NCBI GenBank assembly: GCA_964016885.1
Contig: OZ024749.1
Coordinates: 20,088,001 to 20,152,000, forward strand
DNA length: 64,000 bases
From: Eledone cirrhosa
Taxonomy: Eukaryota
Reading direction: 5' to 3'
Position numbers and translations under genes: made by a program. The notes beneath the pieces were generated by a model, which saw only the letters and a program-made list of their open reading frames with translations, did not search any database and was not told the DNA's origin. Position 1 is the stretch's first letter, and every line of letters begins with the position of its first letter. Shown here one piece after another: positions 28,301 through 41,155 of this stretch.

Positions 28301-28750
28301 CTCGTAAAACCTATCCTTAAGTTCGTCTGGCAGCCCCGATTGGGGTGCGTAAGCTGATATTATTGTGGTAATTGTTTTATTCAAGACTAGTCTGAGTTTA
28401 ATGATTCTTGCATTTACCCTGTACACTGAGATTACTTTATCTACCCACTTGTCAGCTAGTAGTATACCTACACCACCCATCCCATCGTCATTTCCCACCC
28501 AGAAAAATTTGTAGCACCGACTTTTTCCTACCAGGACTCTGGCAGACCCTCCTCTCCATCTAGTCTCTGGCACACAGCATACATCAATTTCCTTTTGCTC
28601 TAGCATTTCTACGATTTCTCCTGCTCTTCCTTTCATTGAGCCTACATTGATGGTACCAACTCGGAGTTTTGGGCATTTGTCGACACTCATAGGGAAGGGT
28701 CTCTGGGTTGGCACTTCACATGGGAGCTTGGTAGCTCACAGATTCATATT
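25340..28750 (-). mobile_element. Near full-length RTE LINE (subfamily C) with APE endonuclease, RT and PHD; disrupted
   Basis: 27593-28714 encodes APE (GTINVGSM, ETRW, SAYAPQ, AGDFNGHVG, QIDFIL, SQHSLV); 26561-27544 encodes RT; several stops. Confidence 0.96.
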
Positions 28751-29410
28751 TCATCTATTGATTCAGAGTTGCTCAAATTTATTCTCAGATCATCCATCCA
28801 TAACGGTGGGAAAATTGAGGGCTAGAAGAACAGTGGTGGTGGGATAATGGCAGGGTGTGTTGGGAGGAGAGAGTTAGTTAGGTAGTAGTAGTAATAGTAG
28901 CAGTAGCAGCAGTAGAAATGGCATGCTGAGTTTTGATTGGTCGAATAGGCTATGGTGGTGTGAGGGAAATTGTGAGGTAGGCACTGAGGGTCGCCGTCAA
29001 GGCTAACAAACTTAAATAACCGATAGATTAGAATACCGCGTGGTAAATATCCGAAATAGTACAGCAAAAACAGCAATAATATTAATAATAATAGCGTCAT
29101 AAGAGCTAAGATACCTTCGAAAATTTGTATGGATGGGTGGCTGGAACGAATCCAAATCAACTCTAGTGATACATTTTAGCAGATAAGGAGAAAGTGTCTT
29201 ATCTCTTCAATAGCTTCAAGATGAGTGAGGTGGAATGGGCGAAAGGGAGGTAATGGGTGGCTTAGAGATAGATAGAGATAGGGTAGCCATCATAGAGAGA
29301 GATATAGAGAGGATAGGCACTGAGGGTCGCCGTCAAGGCTAACAAACTTAAATAACCGATAGATAATAACCGGTCAATTAATATATATATATATGTATAT
29401 GTATATATAT

Positions 29411-29597
29411 CAGTGGATTGGCAGTATCGGTAGAGGACCGGACACCATGCTTTGACACATAGAGTTACGGCCCTTGCCATTCTGAGTTCAAATCCCGCCG
29501 AGGTTAACTTTGCCTTTCATCCTTACGGGGTCGATAAAATAAAGTACCAGTAATGCACTGGATAATTGCTGGCCTTGTGCCAAACGTAGAAACAATT
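29411..29597 (+). mobile_element. S1 SINE, full length
   Basis: A box, B box, central domain and 3' gtagaaacaatta. Confidence 0.88.
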
Positions 29598-29872
29598 ATA
29601 TATATACATATATTATATATATATATACATATATTATATATTATATATATATATACATATATATTATATATATATATATTGTTATATTTGGGGAGTGTCA
29701 TATTATTATAATATTGCCAGAAATAATAAAACACACTCACTGTTTACTTTGGATTGGTTTTCACTTCTATATCTTTTATATCTCCATAGTTAATTTATCT
29801 GGCAATCAATGTTTATCATTAATTGACCAACAGTTAAAAATAATATAGATATAAGTATATATATATATAGTA

Positions 29873-29916
29873 TATCAAAGTTCTTTCATCACACACATGT
29901 GACATCATCAGTGGTA
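29873..29916 (-). ncRNA. Minimal hammerhead motif
   Basis: tacca-CTGATGA-t-gtcac/gtgat-GAAA-gaactt-tgata; same family as 63650-63692. Confidence 0.6.
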
Positions 29917-30860
29917 CTATTATGTTTCCTCCCATTGTATTGTAATGTCTACGCCATTTTTATTTAATTTATTTATTTAATCTTGTCTCTGTCTCTGTTT
30001 GCACTAGTTGTCGAAGTGTACAATAAAGTTATATCTATATACATAAATTGTGTAACAAAGACTACACGTTTGTATATATAAATGTACAGCACATTCCTTA
30101 ATTACCAACAAGAGCACTAATTATATGCAAATTAGTGCTAAAATTAATACTAAGAGCAAATGGGTAAATAAGACCACCAAATACATGTTTCCCTGTGGTT
30201 GTTTGGATGAAATACACACATACGCGCACACATGTGTGTGTGTATATATGTATATTTGTATGTGTATGTGTATAAATATATATATATATATATATAGGAA
30301 AAAGTATGACCCCGACGGCAGAGCTCAAGCCGTTTCGATGGCTATTTCTCGACAGCTATATCACGCATATATATATGCGTGTATATGTATATGTACACAC
30401 ATATATATATATGTGCACACACACAATATTTCCTTTGTCTAACATTTTGAATGACCCGCCAAAAACCAGGGGTTATTTCCCTTGCTGGAAATAACACGTG
30501 ACAACTAAATATACGATACGCTGCAGATTAGCGGCAACATTTAGCCCTGTTCTTTGGTAGAACGAAAACCTGTTGAAGAACTGAATCCTCTGTTCGATCA
30601 TGAATACCACGAGCTTGCCAGTTACGTAAGTCTGATATTTGATTTTGGATTCATAGAAACACTTTAAACGTAGAACGTTTGATTTGTCCAGGTGTATTTT
30701 TCTTAAGCTGTTAGTTCTTTCGTTACTTTGGTATATTGTGTGTTAGATTTTGCCTACCACAATGTTCAACCTACCTTGTCGAGTGCTTTGCTAACTCATT
30801 TCATATGGTAGGCCGAATTTGCTTGCAAGCCGCCAGAGATTTTGATTTTACTAAGTATCC

Positions 30861-30917
<57 letters not shown>

Positions 30918-31339
30918 TATATATATTTGTGTGCATATATATATATACGTGCATGTAAGTGTGCATATATATATATATATTTACAAAGCCATTTCTCACT
31001 CTGTCCAACCCACAAAGCGGCAAGTCCCCATCCTAGCAGCCTTGTCATGCAACAGAAATGGTGGTGGTGGTGGTGTGGTGATGTTGTTGTTGTTGGTAGT
31101 GGTGGTGGTAAGGGATGGATGACAAATTGTCAAACTCTCAATTTAAAACAGCAAAAGATAACTCTTACATTAGCCTACCCTCACCTCTCCCACACACACC
31201 TCCACCCTATCTCTCCACTACACCCACGCCACACCTCACCTCCACTACCCCCCCCCCCCATTCCCACTCCTCCACTAACCATAGCTACCAGAATATCATG
31301 GTGGTTTTTATCTCTGTTGCCTACATTTCTGTTTCCTAG

Positions 31340-31547
31340 ATAACCAACAAGGGTGAAACTGTCAGTGATATGACATCAGCTCACAAGAAACCCTACGAAG
31401 TGTTAATGCTTGGACGACACAAGAAAAGTGACCCTGCTCAACTGGGTACCTCTGGCCCTTCATGTGATGGCACCAAGTCCCTTCTTGATTCTCAGGTCCT
31501 CCTCACAGTTCCTTGCAGCTTACATTCTAAAAAACCACCATTAACAG
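31340..31547 (+). CDS. METTL4: METTL4-like (MT-A70 family) N6-adenine methyltransferase, internal coding exon
   Basis: Acceptor tttctgtttcctAG|ATA and donor ACAG|GTTAGT; 208 nt, ends in phase 1. Translates ITNKGETVSDMTSAHKKPYEVLMLGR...QVLLTVPCSLHSKKPPLT, matching the METTL4 motifs as I recall them (ITxxGE...HKKPYE.L.LGR; VPC.LHS.KPPL). Confidence 0.92.
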
Positions 31548-31825
31548 GTTAGTTTTTTTTTATAAACTGTTTAGTTAGAGAAGGAAGAGGAAGGGCACTG
31601 CTGGTGACCCTTTTTAGGACTTCAGAAACTGCTAGGAAGGAAGGGCTCTGTGTGCATGATCCTCTTCAAGGCTTACCACACTGGTAACACTATCAGAACC
31701 CTTTTCAGAGTCTTTGAGGCAGGTAGGAGGGAGGGGCAATGTTCATGGCTCTTTTCAGGGATCCTTAAACTGTTGGAAATAGAAGAGGAAGGTGCAATAA
31801 GTATGGGTTTCCATACTCTGGTTGA

Positions 31826-32577
31826 CCACTACCACCACCACCACTACCACCACCAGCACTATCACCATCACCACCACCACCAGCACTATCACCACCACCA
31901 CCATCACATCACTATCACCATCACCTCTATCGCCATCACCACCAGCACTATCACCATCACTATCACCATCAACTCTATCACCACCACTACCACCAGCACT
32001 ATCACCACCAGCACTATCACCATCACTATCACCATCAACTCTATCACCACCACTACCACCAGCACTATCACCACCAGCACTATCACCATCACTATCACCA
32101 TCAACTCTATCACCACCACCACCACCAGCACTATCACCACCAGCACTATCACCATCACTATCACCACCACCACCACCAGCACTATCACCACCATCACCAC
32201 CAGCACTATCACCATCAACTCTATCACCACCACCACCAGCACTATCACCACCATCACCACCAGCACTATCACCATCAACTCTATCACCACCACTACCAGC
32301 ACTATCACCACCATCACCACCAGCACTATCACCACCACCACCATCACATCACTATCACCATCACCTCTCTCACCATCACCACCAGCACTATCACCAGCAC
32401 TATCACCATCAACTCTATCACCATCACCACCAGCACTATCACCACCATCACCACCAGCACTATCACCACCACCACCATCACATCACTATCAACATCACCT
32501 CTCTCACCATCACCACCAGCACTATCACCATCACTATCACCACCACCACCAGCACTATCACCACCACTATCACCATG
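31826..32577. repeat. (CAC/CAT)n-derived compound repeat in the METTL4 intron
   Basis: Visible; repeated caccaccagcactat units. Confidence 0.9.
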
Positions 32578-32579
32578 AT

Positions 32580-32780
32580 GTTGGGATGTTACCTTGCAGT
32601 TTTTTTATAGGTCCTTATATTTCAGGATAAAATCCCTTCATCAAAAGATTAATAACAGATTAAGTGTGACAAAAAAATATACAACTCTGAACTTGTTTCT
32701 TCCATTAATACTTTGAGGAAGGGATTTTATCCTGAAATATTAAAGGACCTATAAACAACTACAAGGTGACATTCCTACAA
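32580..32780. repeat. Inverted repeat of two degenerate hammerhead-like units
   Basis: About 32580-32653 is the reverse complement of about 32704-32780; each reads TTGA(T/G)GA-agggattttatcct-GAAA-tat. Confidence 0.6.
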
Positions 32781-32927
32781 TAGTGTGTTTGGTTTTTACG
32801 CCTACCTTTCCTGGATGCTGAAGCTGGCACATTACTGCACCAGCTTTTGCAATTCTTGAAGAAAACTAGAGTAATGATTGGCAAAGTTGACAGAAGTCTA
32901 ACTTACAGTTATATTACTAAAACTCCA

Positions 32928-33135
32928 GGGCGGTGGATTGGCAGTATCGGTAGAGGGTCGGACGCCATGCTTTGCAGCAAAGAGTTACGGCCCTTTATGG
33001 TCTGAGTTCAAATCCTGCCGAGGTTAACTTTGCCTTTCATCCTTACGGGGTCGATAAAATAAAGTACCAGTAATATACTGGGATAATAATATACTGGGAT
33101 AATTGCTGGCCTTGTGCCAAAAGAAGAAACAATAT
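32928..33135 (+). mobile_element. S1 SINE
   Basis: Full copy with an internal 18-bp duplication. Confidence 0.88.
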
Positions 33136-33316
33136 TACTAAAACTCTTTGAATTCTTGATAATTAAAAAAAAATGATGTGAAAACTAAAGGCAGTGTCTT
33201 TTATTAAACATATGGTAACAAAAATGAGGTTAATTGCCAAAAGAATGGTAATTTTCACCAACGACTGTAATGTATATTATATCAGTAATTTAATCCTGGT
33301 TCTCAATATTCTTCAG

Positions 33317-33408
33317 ATATTCTGGCAGAATTTCTCCCAGACAATCCAAGATGTTTAGAATTGTTCGCACGAAATCTCTGGCCTGGATGGACAAGTTGGG
33401 GAAATGAG
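33317..33408 (+). CDS. METTL4: METTL4-like methyltransferase, next coding exon
   Basis: Acceptor attcttcAG and donor GAG|GTATGT; 92 nt, phase-compatible with the previous exon. Translates (D)ILAEFLPDNPRCLELFARNLWPGWTSWGNE, the C-terminal MT-A70 motif LELFAR...GW.SWGNE. Confidence 0.93.
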
Positions 33409-33419
33409 GTATGTTGTCT

Positions 33420-33705
33420 TGGTTGTTGTTGTTGTTATTGGTACTGCTGCTATTGTTGTTGTTGTTGTTACTGGTACTGCTGCTATTGTTGTTGATGTTA
33501 TTGTTGTTACTGCTGCTGCTGCTACTGTTGTTGTTGTTGTTATTGTTGCTACTGCTGCTGCTACTGTTGTTGTCGCTGTTGTTACTGTTGCTGTTGCTGC
33601 TGCTGCTACTGTTGATGCTGCTACTGTTGCTTGTTGCTATTGTTGTTTTTGTTATTGTTGTTGCTCCTGCTGGTGTTGTTAATGTTTTTGTTGTTGCTGT
33701 TGTTT
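33420..33705. repeat. (GTT/GCT)n array
   Basis: Visible directly after the exon donor. Confidence 0.9.
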
Positions 33706-33927
33706 AGCCATGGTTAACCTGGATTGAACACACCTATGATCAAAGTGTTCCAGATGTGACCATCCTGCCTTTCTACAGTGTGTCTTCAGTGTCCTTCCAT
33801 TCTAAAAAGCAGCGAGGTGTGATTTGAGGGGGGTTTAGACTGCTATTTCTAATGATTGCATAGAGACTACCACATTAGCTCACATTGCTATTGATATTAT
33901 TATTGTTGTTTTTGTTGTTATGGAATG

Positions 33928-34437
33928 GTGGCGAATTGACAGAATCGGTAGAGCGTCAGGCAGCAAGCTTTGCAGCATATAGTTACGTCCCTTTACATTA
34001 TGAGTTCTAATCTAAGGTGGTGGATTGGCAGCATCGGTAGAGTGTCGGACGCCATGCCTTGACGCAAAGAGTTACGTCCCTTTATGGTCTGAGTTCAAAT
34101 CCCGCCAAGGTTAACTTTGCTTTTCATCCTTACGGGGTCGATAAAATAAAGTACCAGTAATACACTGGGATAATTGCTGGCCTTGTGCCAAAAGTAGAAA
34201 CAATTATGAGTTCAAATCCCGCCAAGGTTAGCTTTACCTTTCATCCTTATGGGGTCGATAAAATAAAGTACCAGTAATGCACTGGGGTCAATTTAAACAA
34301 CTCCCCCCCCCAAAAAATTGTTGGCCTTGTGCCTAAATCAGAAACCATTTGCCTTTCATCCTTACGGGGTCGATAAAATAAAGTACCAGTAATGCACTGG
34401 GATAATTGCTGTCCTTGTGCCAAAAGTAGAAATAATT
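33928..34437 (+). mobile_element. Tandem cluster of about four full or partial S1 SINEs
   Basis: Repeated heads, B boxes and central domains at about 33928, 34015, 34207 and 34349. Confidence 0.85.
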
Positions 34438-36088
34438 ATTATCATTGTTGTTGTTGTTTAACCCCAGGTCAACTCTGATTGCTCCAACCTATGATCAAAG
34501 TCATTCCAGCCATGACTATCCTCTCCTTTTATGTATATCTAAGACTACATTTATCAAATGTGCCTAGTTCTCACACATAAAACAGTTTGGTGTGATTTGA
34601 GGCAGATTTGGCTGTTATTTCTAACTAGTTGTATGACCACATGACCTGTGATGTTGTTGTTGTTGTTGTTGTTGTTGATGATGTTCTGCTAATCCAAACA
34701 CAACATAAGTTTATCAACATCTCCAGACACTGTGTGTAGGAGTGTCTATGTGTGCGTGTGTGTGTTGATACATATATATATGTGTGTGTGTGTTGATACA
34801 TATATATATGTGTGTGTATATATATAGATATATACACGCACACACACATACATTGTGAATCACATATTATATACATATGCAAGTTATATATATATATCAT
34901 ATATGTATACATACAAGTGTGTCCCAGAATTAAGGCAGTATGTAAACATGTTTTGTAGTTGAAAAACTGACAGCCATATGACACACGCACTCATACACAC
35001 ACCCATATACACACATATACACACATATATATATATATATATATTGACATAGACATACACATACATACACATATCTATATATATTTACATCCACACATTC
35101 ACACATATTTATACACACATACACACATATATATATTTACATACACACATTCACACATATTTACACACACACACACATACACACATATATATATTTACAT
35201 ACACACATTCACACATATTTACACACACACACACATACACACATTCACACATATTTACACACACACACACATACACACATATATATATTTACATACACAC
35301 ATTCACACATATATATTTACATACACACATTCACACATATATATATATTGACATACATGCACATACATACACACACACATATATTTACACACACACACAG
35401 ACACATGCACACACACATATATATATATTGACATACATACACATACATAAACTCAAACATTTGTACACACACGTGCAGACATACACAAACATATGTGTAT
35501 ATATATGTGTGTGTGTGCATGTGTAAGTGTATCTGTGTGTGTGCATGTGTTTGTGTATCTGTGTATCTGTGTGTATCTGTGTGTGTGCATCTATTTGTGT
35601 ATCTGTGTGTGTGTGTGTGTGTGTTTGTGTATCTGTGTGTGTGTGTGTGTGTTTGTGTATCTGTGTGTGTTTGTGTATCTGTGTGTGTGTGTGTTTGTGT
35701 ATCTGTGTGTGTGTGTGTGTGTTTGTGTATCTGTGTGTGTTTGTGTATCTGTGTGTGTGTGTGTTTGTGTATCTGTGTGTGTGCATGTATTTGTATATCT
35801 GTGTGTGTGTTTGTGTATATGTGTGTGTGTGTGTGTGTTTATGTATCTGTGTGTGTGTGTGTTTGTGTATCTGTGTGTGTGTGCATGTGTTTGTGTATCT
35901 GTGTGTGTGTGACTGTCTGCAAGGCTGTGTGTGTGTATGCATGTGTGTTTTGTGAGTGTGTGAGCGCATGGCTGTCTGCAAGGCTGTGTGTGTGTATGTG
36001 TGTGTCTAAGTATGTGTGTGTGTATGTGTGTCTATGTAGGTGTTAAACCTGACACATGCTGCTTGTATGACATTATTTATTTTACTTG

Positions 36089-37600
36089 GATTGGCAGAAT
36101 CAGTGGAGGGTGGGACGCCATGCTAGGGTGGGAGATTGGCAGTATCAGTAGAGGGTGGGACGCCATGCTAGGGTGGGAGATTGGCAGTATCAGTAGAGGG
36201 TGGGACGCCATGCTAGGGTGGGAGATTGGCAGTATCGGTTGAGGGTCGGACGCCATGCTAGGGTGGGAGATTGGCAGTATCGGTTGAGGGTCGGACGCCA
36301 TGCTAGGGTGGGAGATTGGCAGTATCAGTAGAGGGTCGGACGCCATGCTAGGGTGGGAGATTGGCAGTATCGGTTGAGGGTCGGACACCATGCTAGGGTG
36401 GGAGATTGGCAGTATCAGTAGAGGGTCGGACGCCATGCTAGGGTGGGAGATTGGCAGTATCAGTAGAGGGTCGGACGCCATGCTAGGGTGGGAGATTGGC
36501 AGTATCGGTTGAGGGTCGGACGCCATGCTAGGGTGGGAGATTGGCAGTATCGGTTGAGGGTCGGACGCCATGCTAGGGTGGGAGATTGGCAGTATCAGTA
36601 GAGGGTCGGACGCCATGCTAGGGTGGGAGATTGGCAGTATCGGTTGAGGGTCGGACACCATGCTAGGGTGGGAGATTGGCAGTATCAGTAGAGGGTCGGA
36701 CGCCATGCTAGGGTGGGAGATTGGCAGTATCGGTTGAGGGTCGGACGCCATGCTAGGGTGGGAGATTGGCAGTATCAGTAGAGGGTCGGACGCCATGCTA
36801 GGGTGGGAGATTGGCAGTATCAGTAGAGGGTCGGACGCCATGCTAGGGTGGGAGATTGGCAGTATCGGTAGAGGGTCGGACGCCATGCTAGGGTGGGAGA
36901 TTGGCAGTATCAGTAGAGGGTCGGACGCCATGCTAGGGTGGGAGATTGGCAGTATCGGTTGAGGGTCGGACGCCATGCTAGGGTGGGAGATTGGCAGTAT
37001 CAGTAGAGGGTCGGATGCCATGCTAGGGTGGGAGATTGGCAGTATCGGTTGAGGGTCGGACACCATGCTAGGGTGGGAGATTGGCAGTATCAGTAGAGGG
37101 TGGGACGCCATGCTAGGGTGGGAGATTGGCAGTATCGGTTGAGGGTCGGACGCCATGCTAGGGTGGGAGATTGGCAGTATCAGTAGAGGGTCGGATGCCA
37201 TGCTAGGGTGGGAGATTGGCAGTATCGGTAGAGGGTCGGACGCCATGCTAGGGTGGGAGATTGGCAGTATCGGTAGAGGGTCGGACGCCATGCTAGGGTG
37301 GGAGATTGGCAGTATCGGTTGAGGGTCGGACACCATGCTAGGGTGGGAGATTGGCAGTATCGGTTGAGGGTCGGACACCATGCTAGGGTGGGAGATTGGC
37401 AGTATCAGTAGAGGGTCGGACGCCATGCTAGGGTGGGAGATTGGCAGTATCAGTAGAGGGTCGGACGCCATGGGTGGGGGATTGGCAGTATCAGTAGAGG
37501 GTCGGACGCCATGCTAGGGTGGGAGATTGGCAGTATCAGTAGAGGGTCGGACGCCATGGGTGGGGGATTGGCAGTATCAGTAGAGGGTCGGACGCCATGC
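36089..37600. repeat. 45-bp minisatellite (about 33 units) made from the S1 SINE tRNA head
   Basis: Unit gattggcagtatcagtagagggtcggacgccatgctagggtggga; the last unit runs directly into a complete SINE body. Confidence 0.96.
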
Positions 37601-37745
37601 TTTCCAGCGTAGTTACGTCCCTTTACGATCTGAGTTCAAATCCCACCGAGGTTGACTTTGCCTTTCATCCTTACGGGGTCGATAAAATAAAGTACCAGTA
37701 ATGCACTGGGTAATTGCTGGCCTTGTGCCTAAAGTAGAAACAATT
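37566..37745 (+). mobile_element. S1 SINE terminating the 45-bp array
   Basis: B box gagttcaaatccc, central domain and 3' end. Confidence 0.9.
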
Positions 37746-38159
37746 ATTTATTTTACTTAGATCTCTATATTGTTAGGTGTGGTGGTGGTGGTAGTGGTGG
37801 TGGTGGTGGTGGTGGTGGTAGTGGTGGTGGTGGCGGTGGTGGTGGTGAAGATGGTGGTGGTGGGGTGTTAGGTGTTCTGGAGTTGTTGGTGGTAATGGTA
37901 ACAGTTATCTGAAAGAGGAAGAAGCAATAAGGTTTTTCTCTCTCTCTCTCTCTCTCTCCCTATATATATATGTATATATACATATCCATATGACACTTCC
38001 CTACCAGCGAGACACTCCCGACCCCACCCCGCATCAAATGGAACAAAACAGTCTAACACATGCTAGCATAGAAGATGGCCGTTAAATGATAATATACATA
38101 TATATATATATATATCAATAATATTAATAAATGGAAACTATCTTTATAAAACCATATTT

Positions 38160-38290
38160 ATTTTTTTATATACATTTCAAGGGTACCAAAATTTTTGGTA
38201 CACTCTCATCAGATAAAAAAACTTTTGTATTTTATCTGATGAGAGCGTACAAAAAATGTTGGTACCTTTGAAATATATATAAAAAAATAT
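38160..38290. ncRNA. Head-to-head pair of minimal hammerhead motifs
   Basis: + strand ttttat-CTGATGA(38236)-gagcgtac..gtaccttt-GAAA(38270)-tataTA-taaaa; mirror copy on the - strand (tcatcag at 38206-38212). Confidence 0.7.
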
Positions 38291-38412
38291 ATATATAGAT
38301 ACCCAATATTATATATATATATTAAAATACAATCTGGAAAATTATTTTCCGTAGAGTGCTTCCAATCTACTGTAAAACTCATTCTTTGACATACTCATTG
38401 AATCTTGTTTAA

Positions 38413-38485
<73 letters not shown>

Positions 38486-38629
38486 TATATAATATTGGGT
38501 ATGAATCGAGATTGTAGCTGCAATATAGCAGGTACTAATATATATAACACGAAAGAGCACTATTGTGAACTCTGCTGATCCATCTAGAGTACATATTCTT
38601 CTTTGAAATATGTGCTTTGTATATATACA

Positions 38630-40817
38630 CGATGACGGCATACTTGCCATCACCGACGCCGATAAGAAGGTAGCTTGGAAGTGTCACTATGAAAGGCTAC
38701 TAAATGAGGAGAATAAATGGGAGAAAGACAGTCTCCCCCACATCGACCCAATAGAGGGACCAGCAGTGTTAGTCGAGGGTAGTATAATAAGTAAGGCAAT
38801 CAAAGATATGAAGACAGGCAAGGCGGCTGGGCCTTCGGAAATAGTTGCCGAGATGCTGAAGGCATCTGGTACGGTGGGACACACCATGGTCACCCGGATA
38901 GTCAACCAAGTCATACAGAATGGGGTTGTTCCGAAGGACTGGCGCAGCAGCATTATCGTTAACTGTTATAAGGGTAAAGGAGATGCCCTAGATAGGAGTA
39001 ACTATAGAGGCATTAAATTAATCGACCAGGTCATGAAGGTCACGGAAAAAGTTATAGCGCAACTAATCAGAGAGCGAATTGATCTAGATGAAATGCAGTT
39101 TGGGTTTGTGTCAGGAAAAAGTACCACAGACGCTCTTTTCATTGTACGACAACTACAGGAGAAGTACCTAGCTAAAAGTAAACCCCTATACTTAGCTTTC
39201 GTCGACTTGGAGAAGGCCTTTGACAGAGTCCCCCGTTCCATTATCTGGTGGGCTCTTAGAAAACTAGGTGTTGATGAATGGCTTGTGAGAGCTATACAAG
39301 CCATGTATAAAGAAACAGTCAGCAAGGTTAGAATTAACAACGAATATAGTGAAGAGTTTAGTGTAAAAGTTGGTGTTCATCAGGGCTCTGTTCTTAGCCC
39401 CCTACTATTTATTATTGCCCTCCAGGCTATAACAGTGGAGTTCAAGACCGGCTGCCCATGGGAACTCCTATACGCAGATGATCTAACGCTCATAGCTGAA
39501 TCAATGGCCGAGCTAGAGAAGAAATTCCAAACATGGAAGCACGGCCTAGAATCAAAAGGCCTTAAAATTAACCTAGCTAAGACTAAAGTTCTAGTTTGTA
39601 AGAAAGAAAATAAGGCGGCGGTCCCCTCCGGGATGTGGCCATGCGCAGAGTGTAGGAAAGGCGTAGGTAGAAATTCCATTTTGTGTCCCAAATGCAAAGT
39701 TTGGGTGCATAAAAGATGTAGTGGGATCACAGGTAAGCTAACTAAGAACATAGATTTTACATGTGGCCGGTGTTCTGGGGAAATAAGTAGCAGCAAGTGC
39801 CCACAAAATACTAGCTCTTTCAACTGCGCAGAGGGTTCTATAGAAATAGTGGACAGCTTCCGTTACCTGGGTGACAAAATCAGCAGTGGGGGAGGGTGCT
39901 CTGAAAGTACAGTAGCTAGAGTCAGAACTGGGTGGAAAAAGTTCAGAGAGCTTATACCACTATTAGCCGCTAAAGGGTTCTCCCTAAAAATGAAAGGCAG
40001 GCTGTACGATGCCTGCATACGAACAGCAATGTTGCATAGCAGTGAGACCTGGGCATTGTGTGCAGAGGATATACGCAGACTAGAGAGAAACGAAGCTTGC
40101 ATGCTCCGCTGGATGTGTAATAGTAATATACGTGAACGACAAAGCATAAACGAACTAAGGAAAAAATTAGAAATAAGAGGGATCAGATGTTGTTTACTAG
40201 AGAGAAGGCTACGTTGGTATGGTCACGTGATGAGCATGAAGGACGATAGCTGTATAACAAAGTGCAGGGCAATAAAGATAGACGGTAGCCACGGAATAGG
40301 CAGACCCAGAAAAACCTGGGACGAGCTGATAAACTCCGACCTCACACACTTACACCTCACCAAGACAATGTCACTGGACCGAGACCTTTGGCGGTACTCA
40401 GTAATAGAGAAGACCCGCCTTACCTAAATACAAAGTAAAACCTACTACAGTCAGTAGGCATCTCTAACAAAATACACCCCCGTCCCACCACCTCCACCCC
40501 ATCCACACCGCCCCCTTCTATGTAAAGTTATGTTGGTGCCACACCATCCAGGCCGAAACAAATGAGATCGTGTAGGTGTCACGACAAAAAACACACAGTC
40601 CATGCTGTAATGTGGCCGTGTAGGCAACACGGTAAAAACCTCCCAGACCCACACTGTAAATGTGGTTGGTGTTAGGAAGGGCATCCAACTGTAGAAAACC
40701 TGCCAGACAGTCCTATGCGAGCAAGACAATCACTCTTGCCTCAAGTGGGAATACCCCCGTCCAAACCCATGCAAGCGTGGAACACAGACGTTAAACGTTG
40801 ATGATGATGATGATGAT
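38630..40817 (+). mobile_element. RTE LINE (subfamily B), 5'-truncated, uninterrupted RT-PHD-C-terminal ORF
   Basis: ORF 38610-40427 (605 aa) has all RT motifs and no stops but lacks APE; 3' UTR and (GAT)n tail at about 40800. Confidence 0.96.
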
Positions 40818-41011
40818 TGTGTATTCTCTGTGATATATGGTCCTTTCTCTCTCTCTCTCTCTCTATATATATATTTCATTGAGGAACTGGAGTCATATGA
40901 CTCCAGTTCCTCAGTGAAATAACAACCCAACAAGGAACTGGGCATATCAGAGTATTGACAATATCATACACCTAAACAACATATGTACTTGTCTATACCA
41001 TACTAATTCAA

Positions 41012-41066
41012 ACTGCCTGAAGAGGTCACAGCCAAAGATGGCTGTCACTGAAATATATATAGCAGT
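41012..41066 (+). ncRNA. Minimal type I hammerhead motif
   Basis: actgc-CTGAAGA-ggtcacagcca-aaga-tggctgtcact-GAAA-tatataTA-gcagt; perfect stem I, followed by AATAAA. Confidence 0.8.
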
Positions 41067-41155
41067 AATAAACGAAGCTAAATTTTAATCATTTGACTTT
41101 TATTTAACTTTATTTTATATATATATATATATATATATAACTTTTATATTTAAAA

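Noticed and set aside
31650-32630. 326-aa ORF in the METTL4 intron
   Set aside because: Mostly (CAC/CAT)n repeat; the flanking exons splice in frame without it.
36077-37471. 464-aa ORF (MASDPLLILPISHPS)n
   Set aside because: Reverse translation of a 45-bp SINE-head satellite; a unit length divisible by 3 explains the open frame.
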